A DNA stretch of 64,000 nucleotides from Octopus bimaculoides. Lineage: Eukaryota. The stretch is from NCBI RefSeq assembly GCF_001194135.2, contig NC_068984.1:54520937-54584936 (forward strand). Reading direction: 5' to 3'. Both the position numbers and the translations under genes were made by a program. Position 1 is the stretch's first letter. Every line of letters begins with the position of its first letter. The notes beneath the pieces are model-generated. The model was not told the DNA's origin, did no database searches, and saw only the letters and a program-made list of their open reading frames with translations. Below, in pieces: positions 45,665 through 59,343 of the stretch.

Positions 45665-47535
45665 CTTCCGGTTGGAAAGCTAGAACGTCGGTGGAAGCTT
45701 GACAGGTATTTTTGTTATCAAAATTACTGTTTTTGTTGATATTATTGTTTAAAAGAGAACATAAGACAATAGACTTTGTCCCCAGAAAAAAAAGAACTAA
45801 ATAATATTTGGGCTTTGTGCACAAATATTAGTATTTGCGAAATGATTACACGTTCGCAAGTGAAAAATGGCGTGGAGGGGTGTAACTTTCTAACGCATGA
45901 CAAACCATTTTGTGATAACAAGAAAAGTCACATTTTGCTCAACATGTCCCGCGTGGTGGATGACAATATTGCAGAAATAGCAAAATATTCCTCAAATCAC
46001 ACCCTCACAATCTTAAGAAGGACACATCGTATAATGTAGTTCTAGATGCATTATATCTGAATATGCATTATAGCTGAATATATCATCACAGTTTTGATTA
46101 TATGTCTGATGGATCAAAGTTGACCGGATGATTAACGACAACAGCAGCATGAAATTTACTTTTTTGTTTCTTCTGATTCTCTTTTAAAGTTCATTTTAAT
46201 ATTTCTCACGACTGATCACTTTCCAAGAGTCTGAAAAAAATTACTGGAAAACTAAAAACGAAACTCAATTTAAACAGAATGCCCGGCTACTAGAACCCAG
46301 ATATATCTGCCTGTTCCATCCGTTACAGTGGACTTCAACTCTAACTATTAAACTATAATTTATAAAATAGATTTTATTTTATAGAACAACAACAAAATAT
46401 AATCGAGTAGCATTTTCCCAAAATTTTTAGTTTAAAACAATATTTAAGTTGTTTACAATTATCACTCTCTGCGAAGAGAGTGTTGTGTTTTATATCACGC
46501 GTCACAGCGGTATTTAAGTGAAGCTGTAGTGCCAGACAAGTCTGAAAATTGTTAATTTCATGGTTATTTCTTAATTTTTCCTTTGTTGTATTTTTCTACG
46601 ACGACGAATATTTGTTGACAATTCAGGATGAAAATTGTCTCCTTATTCTTTTTAGAACTTCCTATGACTAACTAAGAGAATGTTTGTGGTCATTTTATGT
46701 TAGCTACAAACATCTAAGAAGACTATACATTGTTCTCCGTTTTTTAAGCGGAAGATGAGAATTTCTCCAGTAGCTTACATATATCCGGTTACTCTCGATA
46801 GTAGGTTGTTATTACAAGAGATACACATAAATAACAGAGCCACATGAAATGACAACGATCGAGAGATCGAAATAGCTCTAGCACTGTATATGTGTTCCAT
46901 GTCAAAGCTCTCAGTACGAAACCACATCTCATAACCTATATTTCTTGCACCAATAATCCTAAGCAATTACAATAGCAACCAGTGAAGACAGAATTATTAG
47001 CAGAGCTGTTGTCTTTAATCATAATGTCTTTTTTAAGCATGATACTTTTTGTGGAGAATTAAAAACTATATTTCCTCGCGTCAGTATTCCCTAGCTTCCA
47101 CAATGCTACACAATAGAGGCAGAATCATCGTTAGACTTGTCTTAAGTTGCAATTTCATATGAAATGTGCTACTTAGCATGGTGATACCAAATTTTTGTGT
47201 GAAATAATGTTCTGATCTGAAGTAAATTGTTTCTTCGGTTTTTGCATTCAGAGGCATCTGGTCATTGAAAGAATAAGCTTGTAAAAACGGAAGAAATATG
47301 GAAGGCTGCATCTGTTAAAACCTGATCACTAATAATCCGGTATATGCTTCAACATCACGTATAAATTTACACACACACCTACTCATACATACATGCATGT
47401 ATAAATATATACATGCATATGTACACACACACATATATATACATTGTACATACATACACGCATAGATACACTACCATTTAATCACGTTTATAGAGATTCA
47501 TGCGTGGAAACATGCATACTCATATTCAAACACAC

Positions 47536-47566
<31 letters not shown>

Positions 47567-47648
47567 GAGACATATTCATACCCACACAGACACAGGTATG
47601 TATTCACATTTACACAAATGCACATATATAAACACTGTGAAGCAGTCT

Positions 47649-47707
<59 letters not shown>

Positions 47708-48137
47708 GCACACACACGCACACACAGAGAAGAAGTAAGCTACAGAGTAGATATTGAAAGAAGAAAATTGAGCTGCAACAATAAAATGCCCCCAAGAAGA
47801 CAAGGAAAGTTAAAAGTATCAAAGACTAGATGATAAGTCATCTGTATAAAGTGTAAGTGATGAAAAGATGAAGAGAAAAAGAAAGAAAATAAAAAGAAAA
47901 CGAAAGAAAATCCTTCAGTGTGATTCTTTTAGGATAAGTTCCATGATTAGAAATCGTTCAAAGATCACTAGTTTTCTGCTTGTTTAATGGATCTCTGCTG
48001 ATGACAACCAGGCACCGGAATTTTTTTGTGGTATGTCAAGCTGGTCTCTTATGGAGGCTTCAGTTTATGTGACTCGGCATTTTTGAAAAATCTTCAAAAT
48101 CAAATTTATACCAATACCTACCCCGCACAAACTAACA

Positions 48138-48229
<92 letters not shown>

Positions 48230-48236
48230 ATGATGA
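48138..48236. repeat. (CTA)n(CTG)n(ATG)n compound microsatellite
   Basis: Direct inspection; source of the poly-L ORF. Confidence 0.95.
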
Positions 48237-48660
48237 TTCCTTTTTTTTGAAGTATCATTTTCGTTTCAAGTGTGTTTGATACTTTCCCATGGTGAAATAG
48301 AATTTTACTTGAAATAAGTTATGATCTCAAGTTAATAATGTATATGTTCCCGTGTGCATGCGTACGTGTCTCTATGTGAATANNNNNNNNNNNNNNNNNN
48401 NNNNNNNNNNNNNNNNNNNNNNNNNNNNNNNNNNNNNNNNNNNNNNNNNNNNNNNNNNNNNNNNNNNNNNNNNNNNNNNNNNNNNNNNNNNNNNNNNNNN
48501 NNNNNNNNNNNNNNNNNNNNNNNNNNNNNNNNNNNNNNNNNNGAGTGTGTGAAGGTATATGTGTGATTTCTGTGAATGTGTGTATGTGCGGGTGAATGTG
48601 TAAGTAAATTTTTAATACAAAAATACTTTTATCGATAAAACCAACACCGGTAGTAGATAA

Positions 48661-48710
<50 letters not shown>

Positions 48711-49580
48711 CAATAATAATATTTCTTCTAATATAGTCATATGGACTGAAGTTTTGGGGAATGAGTATAGCCGACTATATCGACTTCTCGGCCCCAAAAT
48801 GATGAAAGGCAAAGTCGACCTCGTTGACATTTGAATTGGTGATCTTGATATGCCCGGTGCTAAGGGAGCTTGCCTCTCTTGTCAGTCATTAAGATAGTGC
48901 TTATTGTGGCTATTAGTTGTTTTGACTCTTATTTCTAGCATTACTGGTGCTGACTAGCGCCCTTAGTCGCTTGAGTGACGCATATATTTTTGCCTTTCGG
49001 TTGGAAAATTGTTAACAAGCCACCCTTATTATTTATACATATATATATGTATGCATTTGCACGGTTTAAATAAAGTGTGATAAAAGAAAATAATTAAAAC
49101 AAGATAAATTTAAAAGAAAATAAAGAGTAAAAATAAATTGCTGACTTGGTCTTGTTAGAGCATCATACATTACTATTTGGCCAAAAGCTGATAATTCTTG
49201 TGTCGGTTGGTATATGTATCACCGTCTCGAGGATAGGACTATTTCAATTAGTTGTAATGTGCTTTTCTATTTTTATTAACAGCTTGTCGTTTACTAGTTT
49301 CTTGTATTCCAAATGCAATCCCACTTCTATCATTTATACCTTATCGCAATGCCCCGGACGCCATAGAAGCATGATCGTATTTATTAGTTGTCAGTTTGGT
49401 TAACGATGGTCGGTGGATCACTGGTTTTCGTCTTCCTCTTCATGCACTTTATTATTATTTGGAAGAAGCGAATAATAACGGGAACGATAAAATAAGTAAC
49501 AGTCTAGAACCGGGGTCGATAATCGACTAGCTTCCTTCCTCTTAATTTCAGGGCTTAAGCCTATAGCAGAAAAAATTATT

Positions 49581-49800
49581 TAAGGCGGCGAGCTGGCAGA
49601 ATCGTTAGCCCGTCGGACAAAATGCTTAGTGACATTTCGTCCGGCTTTACGTTCTGAGTTCAAATTCCGCCGAGGTCGACTTTGCCTTTTATCCTTTTGG
49701 GGTTGATAAAAAACGTACCAGTTGAGCACTAGGGTCAATGAAATCGACCAGCCCCCTTCCCTCAAATTTCAGGCCTTGTGCCTATAACAGAAAGTATTAT
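49581..49800 (+). mobile_element. SINE family A, preceded by the tail of another copy
   Basis: aaggcggcgagctggcagaatcgttagc...ccttgtgcctataacagaaag. An upstream partial tail lies at 49510-49580. Confidence 0.88.
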
Positions 49801-49829
49801 TATTCGGAGGAGGAACATCAGTGTTGTTT

Positions 49830-50200
49830 TGAGGAAGGTGCTCTTTCTCACTTGTTTGAATCGTTTCCTTTAGAAATTTTTGTTTTGGGATATTTTCCTT
49901 TTCATTTTGTATTTACTACGACAGTTTGGATACTTTCCACTGCAGCCTTTTTCTTTCTCTTTTACGACACATGTTGATGGAGTGGTACTACTGGTTGCTA
50001 CTGTAATAGGACGAGGTATTTGTTCTCTTGTTTCTAGAACTGGGCACGAGGAGATTTTTTCTGCCATTCTAGTAACTGTAATTGATGGTAGTATGGAATA
50101 TGGAGCTTCTTGTTCTTGTTGCGGGATGGTCTCCATTGCTTTACTTTTCTATTTCCTAACTAGTCTTTCAAGTTCTTCAGGACATGATGCTCTGACATAG
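49830..50200 (-). mobile_element. Probable LINE ORF1 remnant
   Basis: Starts HVRASCPE, compare HLKASCPE at about 34880, followed by a Pro/Thr/Lys-rich low-complexity sequence. Confidence 0.45.
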
Positions 50201-50326
50201 TTCATACTATGACATACGTAATAACTAGGAAATATGTAAAGTATTTTATTAGATGCTGAAACACTGAGTTTGAAGTTTTAAATCAAACGATTGCTGAAAG
50301 GTAACACTTTATAAGCCGAAATATTA

Positions 50327-50360
<34 letters not shown>

Positions 50361-50438
50361 CAAGAATAAGGGCAGGGAATCGTCAATTAATAATAGAATT
50401 AATAATTAACAATTTTGCCAAGTAGTTCAGTATGAAAA

Positions 50439-51212
50439 NNNNNNNNNNNNNNNNNNNNNNNNNNNNNNNNNNNNNNNNNNNNNNNNNNNNNNNNNNNNNN
50501 NNNNNNNNNNNNNNNNNNNNNNNNNNNNNNNNNNNNNNNNNNNNNNNNNNNNNNNNNNNNNNNNNNNNNNNNNNNNNNNNNNNNNNNNNNNNNNNNNNNN
50601 NNNNNNNNNNNNNNNNNNNNNNNNNNNNNNNNNNNNNNNNNNNNNNNNNNNNNNNNNNNNNNNNNNNNNNNNNNNNNNNNNNNNNNNNNNNNNNNNNNNN
50701 NNNNNNNNNNNNNNNNNNNNNNNNNNNNNNNNNNNNNNNNNNNNNNNNNNNNNNNNNNNNNNNNNNNNNNNNNNNNNNNNNNNNNNNNNNNNNNNNNNNN
50801 NNNNNNNNNNNNNNNNNNNNNNNNNNNNNNNNNNNNNNNNNNNNNNNNNNNNNNNNNNNNNNNNNNNNNNNNNNNNNNNNNNNNNNNNNNNNNNNNNNNN
50901 NNNNNNNNNNNNNNNNNNNNNNNNNNNNNNNNNNNNNNNNNNNNNNNNNNNNNNNNNNNNNNNNNNNNNNNNNNNNNNNNNNNNNNNNNNNNNNNNNNNN
51001 NNNNNNNNNNNNNNNNNNNNNNNNNNNNNNNNNNNNNNNNNNNNNNNNNNNNNNNNNNNNNNNNNNNNNNNNNNNNNNNNNNNNNNNNNNNNNNNNNNNN
51101 NNNNNNNNNNNNNNNNNNNNNNNNNNNNNNNNNNNNNNNNNNNNNNNNNNNNNNNNNNNNNNNNNNNNNNNNNNNNNNNNNNNNNNNNNNNNNNNNNNNN
51201 NNNNNNNNNNNN
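50439..51212. other. Assembly gap (N run)
   Basis: 774 N. Confidence 0.99.
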
Positions 51213-51627
51213 TATATATATATATATATATTTCCATCTGCTCAGCTTAGTCCATTCTATCATTCTATGATGTGTATCCATATCTGCGCATGCGTTTGCA
51301 TCTGTATATGTGTGTGTGTTCGCAGTGCACAAAGAAGCGTAAATTTATTCCTTGAATTTTCTGCCAAAAACCTTTGGCAATGTACAGTTTCAATTTTGAA
51401 TTTGTATTTGTAATTTGTTTTGTTTTGTGTTACGCTCTCTTTATTGATTCATATTATATACCTCTTGTATGAATAAAATACTTACTCTATCAGGTCTAGC
51501 CAGAAAACTAGACCTGATTGAGAAAATCTGAAGTTATTTTTGAATTTAGCGTGCGTGTGCGTATGCGTGTTTATGTGTTTCACATGTGTGCTTATGTGCA
51601 TATTTGTCTTTTCTGTGTGTATCACAC

Positions 51628-52268
51628 GGATCTAGTCGGTTTGGCTGCCAGCATCAATTCCGTTTGAATTGATTTCATATTCACTGTAATGATACACTTT
51701 TATTGGCTGTAATTTCAGCCAATCGTAAACCACAGATACATCCATGTCTGTTTACATAGTAACACGCGGAACATGAGAACTCTTTTGTCTATTTAAGTTG
51801 TAACGTGTTGTCCATCGAATTTGTATTAAATGCATATTGAATGCTTAAAAGTACTTGTTTACTCGTCTCTTTTTGTCATTGAGGTGGTTGTGAGGTGTGC
51901 TGAAAATAACAGCAAAATAAAGTTTTTTTGATAAATCTGTTAAGTTTCTGCTATCGCATTAAATGGATATTGAATGCTTCAAACTACAAAACAAGTGTCG
52001 TTTACAAATATTGAAAACACGTGCTATTTTCAGGATGTTGATGAAAAAATGTGCAGTCACGCACAAAATGACAGCTTCGAAATCATATTTCCTCACTGGG
52101 TGAAAATGATCAAACTTTAACCCTCTATAACTTAAAAAAAAAAAATTTTCTGGACAAATTGAAATAAGTACAGCAATTCATCTTGGAAAAAAATATCATT
52201 GTGCCAGATTTTAAAATTTTCGATAAACTTTAATTATTGAAATGCTGGCAGCCAAACCAACCAGATCC
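51628..52268. mobile_element. MITE-like element, about 640 bp
   Basis: Terminal inverted repeats ggatctagtcggtttggctgccagcat (51628-51654) and atgctggcagccaaaccaaccagatcc (52242-52268). Non-coding interior. Confidence 0.65.
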
Positions 52269-52845
52269 TATTACACTATTTGTATTTGTGTCTTTTGTTT
52301 TCTTCCCCCCACCTTCTATCTTTAGTCGTCGTCTAAAGGTCGAGATTTGAACGGAAAAAGACCGTTGACAAGCATTGCCTTATTTTTTTATATGTTCATT
52401 ACTCTGTGAAGAAAAAGATATTTACATCTATTTAGTACCACATGAAAATGAAATGTTTTCACTTTTTTTAAGCAGCGTACTCAAACCAACAGGTATGTAA
52501 AGGAAGTAACTGTTTTGATGAAGTTTTTATGATGATGAATGAAACCATATTTTCGGATATGGAAAACAAGCAGGTTTGATCATTGATTGATAGCTGGAAA
52601 TTCCTTAATAATCAATGAGGCAGTTGTCTGCAAGTTGTTAGCTATAGGGATTTTTTGTTCAAAATTACAGAAGGAATCAACAGAATGTTATACTTCCCCT
52701 AGAGACTGGGTTTCAAAGTCATTCAGGGAAGGTGTGTGGGGTATCCTTCTGATGAGCTTAAATATATTCATATATTTGAAAGAATATTTGTTAGCATATG
52801 GAGAATTAAGGACGAGAAGCTCAGACCTGAAAAGCTACAGCTTTT

Positions 52846-52922
<77 letters not shown>

Positions 52923-54129
52923 CCAACGAGCTTATGTACAGTTTCAGTCAAAAATATTTCTCCAACATGGCATTAGTGAACTTGAGATTCGGATAGAAAG
53001 CTATTTTTCAATGTACTGCTCAGTGTTATCGAACTTGGAATCATGGAATTGCAAAGGGAAACTCTGTAACAATTCTATGAAGCCGGTGCATTAAGAAAAA
53101 CAAATACCCCGCTGTTTAGTAGATTAATGTTTAGTAGATTAATGTTTAGTAGATTAATGAAATAATATACAAATATAAATAACAATATCTTAGATGTCAA
53201 TAAAATCTAAGATCCCTTTCAGGAATGATCTTGTGGACAAAGTCTATAAGACGTCATTCGTAGAAATATCCAATTCGGCTGAAATTAACTGTGGGCCATT
53301 TATAGAATGAAAATAAATTGAGTGATGAATTTAGTGACTTTATAAGTAAAATAAAAGACACCAAGTTCTAAGAAAAACAAAACAAAACAAACAAAAACAA
53401 TGACAAATAAAAAACAAATTGCTCAGAGGAAATCGAAAGGGTTTTATTGAAATAATAACGGACATCGGTGAATCAAATTATAAATGAAACGTAATTGGAT
53501 AATTAAACAAAACGAAATAGTTAATATTTGCGTAAAGAAATGTAAAAATCAATTAAAGATATGTCAGTTATATCAAGCAATGATTGTTCAGGTGTTCAAA
53601 TATTAATATTGTAAAACATTTTGTGAGCTGTGTAGTAAAAAACTAACTTAAATACGTGTGTTATGCACACGCATGGGTTCGACAGTAGAGAGAAACTTTT
53701 ACAAACATGCTTTATTTTATTTTTTCTATTACTTCGGTGAAGTAAATATCGTATTGTCATTTCAGATTGAATTACTCAGAGAAGAAATAGAATTTAACTT
53801 TAAACTTTGGAGGAACATTTTTGTTTAAATAACTAATCATTTAAAGATGACTCAGTAACATCTTCAGTGAAATCTGTCCCTTGGGTCCAAGCTAGGAATC
53901 AATAACGATTAGTATGATCACACTGGTTGAATTGTTTTTATTAATAAAAGTTGTTACTGATTAGATATCGCATCGCTCCAAAGGCGGTTGAGTAAGAAAA
54001 CAAAATAGATTGTCGATTATAGTCGAGTTATAATAAAATTGATAAGAATCTATTAAAGCTTTTGACTATTTTTTTTTATTTCTAAAAATTCCTAACAGTA
54101 GATTCCTAAATCCATATCTGATGTTTCCA

Positions 54130-55310
54130 GACCTTCACAGTCTCATTTTCTCGAAATGATTATATATTTAGCGCCTATGTTGTTACTTATGTATTGGTGA
54201 AATTCGTGTAGGCTTTCCCGACAAAGGTTCTTTTGACCGTTAGAATCATGCATCAGCAGTCGCATGTTGATATGTTTGTCACGTTTAAATTTTAACCCTT
54301 AAATTTTATTTTCTACGTCATTAACCGTGTGCTAGTTTTTTGTTTTCGTTTTAAGTTTGGCATTTGTTGCTATATGAGTGTGGTTTCCATAATCTATCTG
54401 CTTCTTTTGGGTGGAATACTATAAAGATTGTATTCTTCTCTACTATTTCCTGATTAATTTCATTTCGTGATGTGTGGTGTAATATTATGCAACACCTTCA
54501 TGTTGCAAGTGCACGATGAACCTACGCGAAAGTGTTGCGACTTTCGGTTTTACTCTCAAATTTATAGATCATGTTTGTCATCCACACTTTGTTTTCGGGA
54601 TCACATGCTTGTGGAGTTTAACTGATAAAGATTATTTTTTAAATTTTGGTGTTTTTTATAGTGTATTATTAGTTTATAATCGAGTATGATGCAGTTTTTA
54701 CGACAGTCTTAACAATATGTTCATCTGGTCTATAGTTTTGTGCATTTGTTTCATGTAGTAGATTTCGTATGTGGTTTATGTATTTCTTTTAAGTCTATTC
54801 TCTGATATATTAGTTGTATTTGTATCTATTCCTTTGTAACTTGGTCAACTAGTCTATTAGAAACGTCGTCAATTAATGTATATTTAATTTTATACATTTC
54901 TTTCTCTGATGAACTGTTTGTGGACGACAATATAAATGCTATTTTGAGGAGTGACATCTCAAGTTATGTGGGCACTCACTGTTTCAGTGATTGATTCTTT
55001 GGTGTATACCAACGTAATATATCTGTTTTTAAAATTTTATTTTCGAGCTTGTATTTATGTTTAAAAACAGAGTCTCATTTGTATTATTCTGTTTGTTAAA
55101 TTTTTGTACAGAGTTGTTTTCTAAGACTTTCTCTGGTCTCTCAGTTTTCTAAAGAGTATCCATTACAGCGAGAATACCATCTGTGTATCTAATGTATTTA
55201 TATTACGTCGTATGTTTGGCATTCTGTTTTTATTGTGGCTAGGTAGAATGCCGAAAACGTGGGTCGTAGGGGAGGAATCCACCGTTACTCCATCAATAGA
55301 AAGGTTACTC
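54130..55310 (-). pseudogene. Penelope-like element ORF remnant (RT to GIY-YIG endonuclease)
   Basis: KYIRYTDGI (decayed YxRYxDDI); KIAFILSS...EKEMYKIKYTL; MTNMIYK...VGSS; PHSYSNKCQ. Many stops and frameshifts. Confidence 0.6.
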
Positions 55311-56580
55311 CAAGTGAGCTAATTAGAAAGTATTATAAAATCTAAAATGAAAAGGTAAAACTTCAACATAGACGTGTATTTATTGAAACATGCATATACA
55401 CACACATGTATGGAAATGTGTGTATAAAATATACCACATCTGAGCAACTGAGACCAGTAGATTAATATGAAATCTAACTTTCCAAATAAAACACACACAC
55501 ACATACACAACTACACACACACACATACACAACTACACACACACACACATACACAACTACACACACACACACACACNNNNNNNNNNNNNNNNNNNNNNNN
55601 NNNNNNNNNNNNNNNNNNNNNNNNNNNNNNNNNNNNNNNNNNNNNNNNNNNNNNNNNNNNNNNNNNNNNNNNNNACACACACACACGGAGGCACACTTAC
55701 TTGTAAACATTAGTGAGGCTATTAACCTGAATACCTGGTTTGAAATTGTTATGTTGAGACTACAGTTACACAGTGGAACCTAACGAAACATATTCACAAG
55801 CTCCATGAACAAGGAATATAATTTGGATTGCATTCTTTTTGTTTTTGTATTTTCACAAGTTTTATTTGCAGACTGAATCTCTTACGGTAACTTCTGACTA
55901 AAAATAATTCGTTCCACAAAATCGATGGATTGTTTCTATCGGTCAACGATAATCTATATATCTAATTAATCCTACTGCGTCAACATTTCCAAAAGACACA
56001 TCATGAGCAATGAATCTTATTGGATTCGATCGGTTCTTTCGATGTGTACATAACGACATCTACTGGTTGAAATGACTGATTGTGCAATGAAATAATCGAT
56101 CGAAGACAACTGGTGCTGGTTGGTTTGTAGGTTATCAATGATCGATCTGCATTTAAACAACCTAACGGTTTGATATTGATTATGAATTTTGGTAAATTAA
56201 TTTGTTCAGTATACTGTATAAAATGTGCTATTAGCTTACCTCAAAAAGTGCAAAAAAATTCTAACTAAAGTTTTATCTTTAAAAAAGATACAAAAATCTT
56301 TCACTTTGTTACGTTTATTAGTGATGATGAATTTTATAAAGTTCAATAGAAAACACATGTAATGGTGTTAATCTAGAACTTAGAAAATATACAACACAGG
56401 ATTAAGGGCCTAGATTAACAATTACGCAAACTTCTACATTGTTATATCTCTAGTGAAGAGATAATTGTCAGGAATATTTCCTTTCCAAAAACCAAATAAA
56501 GCAGAACACGAAAAACTGTTTACAACTCATTATTTAATATCAGATATAGTTTCAGTGGTGTTTTTTAATATTTTTCGCAC

Positions 56581-56794
56581 GAAAGCAGCAAGCTGGCAGA
56601 ATCGTTACAACGCTGGGAAAAATGCTTAGAAGCATTTAGTCCGTCTTTACGTTGAGTGTAGATGCTGTCGAAGTCGACTTTGCCTTTCATGCTTTCTGGG
56701 GGCGATAAAATAAGTACCAGTTGAACACTGGGGACGATGTAATCGACTTAGATCCTCCCCCGAAATTGTTGGCCTTGTGCCAAAATTAGAAACC
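56581..56794 (+). mobile_element. SINE family A with 14-bp TSD
   Basis: aatatttttcgcac at 56567-56580 and 56795-56808. Confidence 0.88.
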
Positions 56795-56882
56795 AATATT
56801 TTTCGCACTGCATTTCATTACTGTTGAAAGTAAAAATACACCAAGAGGGAGAAGAGAGTAGAAATAGTGCAAAGCCGACTTT

Positions 56883-57574
56883 AATATAAGTAAACGTATA
56901 AGGCGGCGAGCTGGCAGAATCGTTAGCACGCCAGACAAAATGCTTAGTGGCATTTGGTCTGTTTCAGCTCAATTTGCGCCGAGGTCGACTTTACCTTTCA
57001 TCCTTATGGAGTCGATATAATATGTAAAAGTTGATCCCTGGGATCGATGTAATCGACTTCACCACACCCCGAAATTGCTGGCCTTATATCAAATTTTGAA
57101 TCCAATATAAGTAAACACAGACGACAAGCTGGCAGAATCGTTAGCATACTGGGCGAAATACTTTCGTCTGTCTTTAAGTCATGAGTTCCAGTTTCGCCGA
57201 AGCAGATTTTGTCTTTCATCCTTTCATGGTACCAATAAATACCATTTGAACTTTGGGATCGATGTAATCGTTTTAGCACCTCGCCACACCAAAACGAATA
57301 CTGGCCTTGTTCAAAAATCTGAAACCAATATAAGTAAACGTCAAAGCAGAGAGCTGGCAGAATCGTCACAAAGCCGGGAAAAAATGAAATTAGCGGTATT
57401 TTTTTCAGCTTTACGTTCTGATTTCAAATACCACTGATGTTGACTTTGTCCTTCATTCGTTTAAGGTCGATAAAATAAATAACAGTGCAGTACTGGGGCC
57501 ACTATAATCGACTAGCTCCCTCTCTCATAATTTTAGGCCTTGTACCTGTTGTAGGAAGAAAAAATATAAGAAAC
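56883..57574 (+). mobile_element. Array of three SINE family A copies separated by a reiterated 13-bp sequence
   Basis: aatataagtaaac at 56883-56895, 57104-57116 and 57327-57339; aatataag-aaac at 57563-57574. Confidence 0.9.
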
Positions 57575-58247
57575 CTCTCGTCTACTCTCCCATTTTTTCT
57601 TGCTGATGCTCAACTCCACCTCAGCTCTGATCAAGCAGAAATATTAAAGGCTATGTTTATCTCAGTATTTTGTATATCTAAGAGTACATCGTTCAATATA
57701 ACCTCCAGGATTTGATGGAGATTGGTTGTTACTTTTAGCTACTGGGACGACTATGTGGAAGCTTCTTACTTGGTTATCTTCCCTTGTTTTGTTGCTGTTA
57801 GTTAAATGAATTCAAAGTTGAATACATTCTTGTGTATCGCAATTATACGCAATTCCTTTTAAGAATCAAGTTCGGAATTCAATGACAATTTTAACCAGCC
57901 TGGTTGTTAACGCGAGTTTCAAGCTGACTACTATAAAATCTTCTATTAACGTTCTCCCTGTTCACAGGGGAACTTGAGCATAACTCTGTTAACTAACGAA
58001 CATATTTTGATAATGCTCATCTGGTATTTATTTTAACATGGCGGAGCGGCTTCCAGTTTATCTGTATAGGTACTGTATAGATACAGACACACTTTATACC
58101 TATGATGTGTAAATACATACATACATACATACATACATACATACATACATTCATAAATACATACCTGTCTGTTTGTCTGTCTGTGTTTATGTATTTGTTT
58201 TGCAGGATTCCTGATGTGAAATATTTTGTTGAAACAAACATTGCTAT

Positions 58248-58397
58248 ATTATTTACATTATTTACATTTGACGGATATTTGTCCTCATCTTCTTTGTTGT
58301 TAACACAATGTTTCAGCTGATATATCCTCCAGCCTTCATCAGGTGTCTTTGGGAAATTTTGAACCCTGGGTTCTCATTCCTAAGGTATTTTTCGATG

Positions 58398-58429
<32 letters not shown>
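58248..58429 (-). mobile_element. Second copy of the hammerhead-bearing small element
   Basis: Reverse complement of 12064-12215 including the (AAT)n run. Its upstream end runs into the gap at 58436. Confidence 0.9.
58302..58347 (-). ncRNA. Minimal hammerhead ribozyme, probably impaired
   Basis: gacac-CTGATGA-a-ggctg(gaggatatat)cagct-GAAA-catt-gtgtt. The core is intact but the ACGT palindrome has mutated to ACAT. Confidence 0.6.
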
Positions 58430-58433
<4 letters not shown>

Positions 58434-58435
58434 TC

Positions 58436-58870
58436 NNNNNNNNNNNNNNNNNNNNNNNNNNNNNNNNNNNNNNNNNNNNNNNNNNNNNNNNNNNNNNNNN
58501 NNNNNNNNNNNNNNNNNNNNNNNNNNNNNNNNNNNNNNNNNNNNNNNNNNNNNNNNNNNNNNNNNNNNNNNNNNNNNNNNNNNNNNNNNNNNNNNNNNNN
58601 NNNNNNNNNNNNNNNNNNNNNNNNNNNNNNNNNNNNNNNNNNNNNNNNNNNNNNNNNNNNNNNNNNNNNNNNNNNNNNNNNNNNNNNNNNNNNNNNNNNN
58701 NNNNNNNNNNNNNNNNNNNNNNNNNNNNNNNNNNNNNNNNNNNNNNNNNNNNNNNNNNNNNNNNNNNNNNNNNNNNNNNNNNNNNNNNNNNNNNNNNNNN
58801 NNNNNNNNNNNNNNNNNNNNNNNNNNNNNNNNNNNNNNNNNNNNNNNNNNNNNNNNNNNNNNNNNNNNNN
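58436..58870. other. Assembly gap (N run)
   Basis: 435 N. Confidence 0.99.
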
Positions 58871-58955
58871 GAGACGTAGGATGGAGAGTCGCTAAAGAAG
58901 TCACAGGATGTGAGACGAAAGATTTCCAGACAATGGACATAAAATGATAATAATG

Positions 58956-59020
<65 letters not shown>

Positions 59021-59272
59021 CAAGTGAAGAACGAATATATAGTATGTAAGTTTATTTGAAAAAATAAAATAACCGTTCCAAAATATAACACTACACATAC
59101 ACACACACACACATGTATGTATACATATATATTTTTCTACTACAGTTTTGAGCAGAATTAAACTCATTAAACTGCATAATCATTCTTATATCACATGATG
59201 CGGTCGGAGAAATGTTGAATGAAAAAGGAATAAACTTTTGTACATACATACATACATACATACACACACACG

Positions 59273-59303
<31 letters not shown>

Positions 59304-59312
59304 GTACATACA

Positions 59313-59343
<31 letters not shown>

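Noticed and set aside
46498-46545. CpG-containing stretch with a tatttaa TATA-like motif
   Set aside because: No downstream exon or ORF to support a promoter call.
53113-53160. Three tandem copies of gtttagtagattaat
   Set aside because: Ordinary slippage minisatellite with no associated feature.
56001-56213. 70-codon minus-strand frame after a good acceptor (ttttatacag)
   Set aside because: No recognisable domain, and dozens of frames this long are expected by chance in 64 kb.
56883-57574. Short identical repeats alternating with ~210-bp variable units, superficially CRISPR-like
   Set aside because: The units are homologous SINE copies, the repeat is 13 bp and non-palindromic, the DNA is eukaryotic and there are no cas genes.
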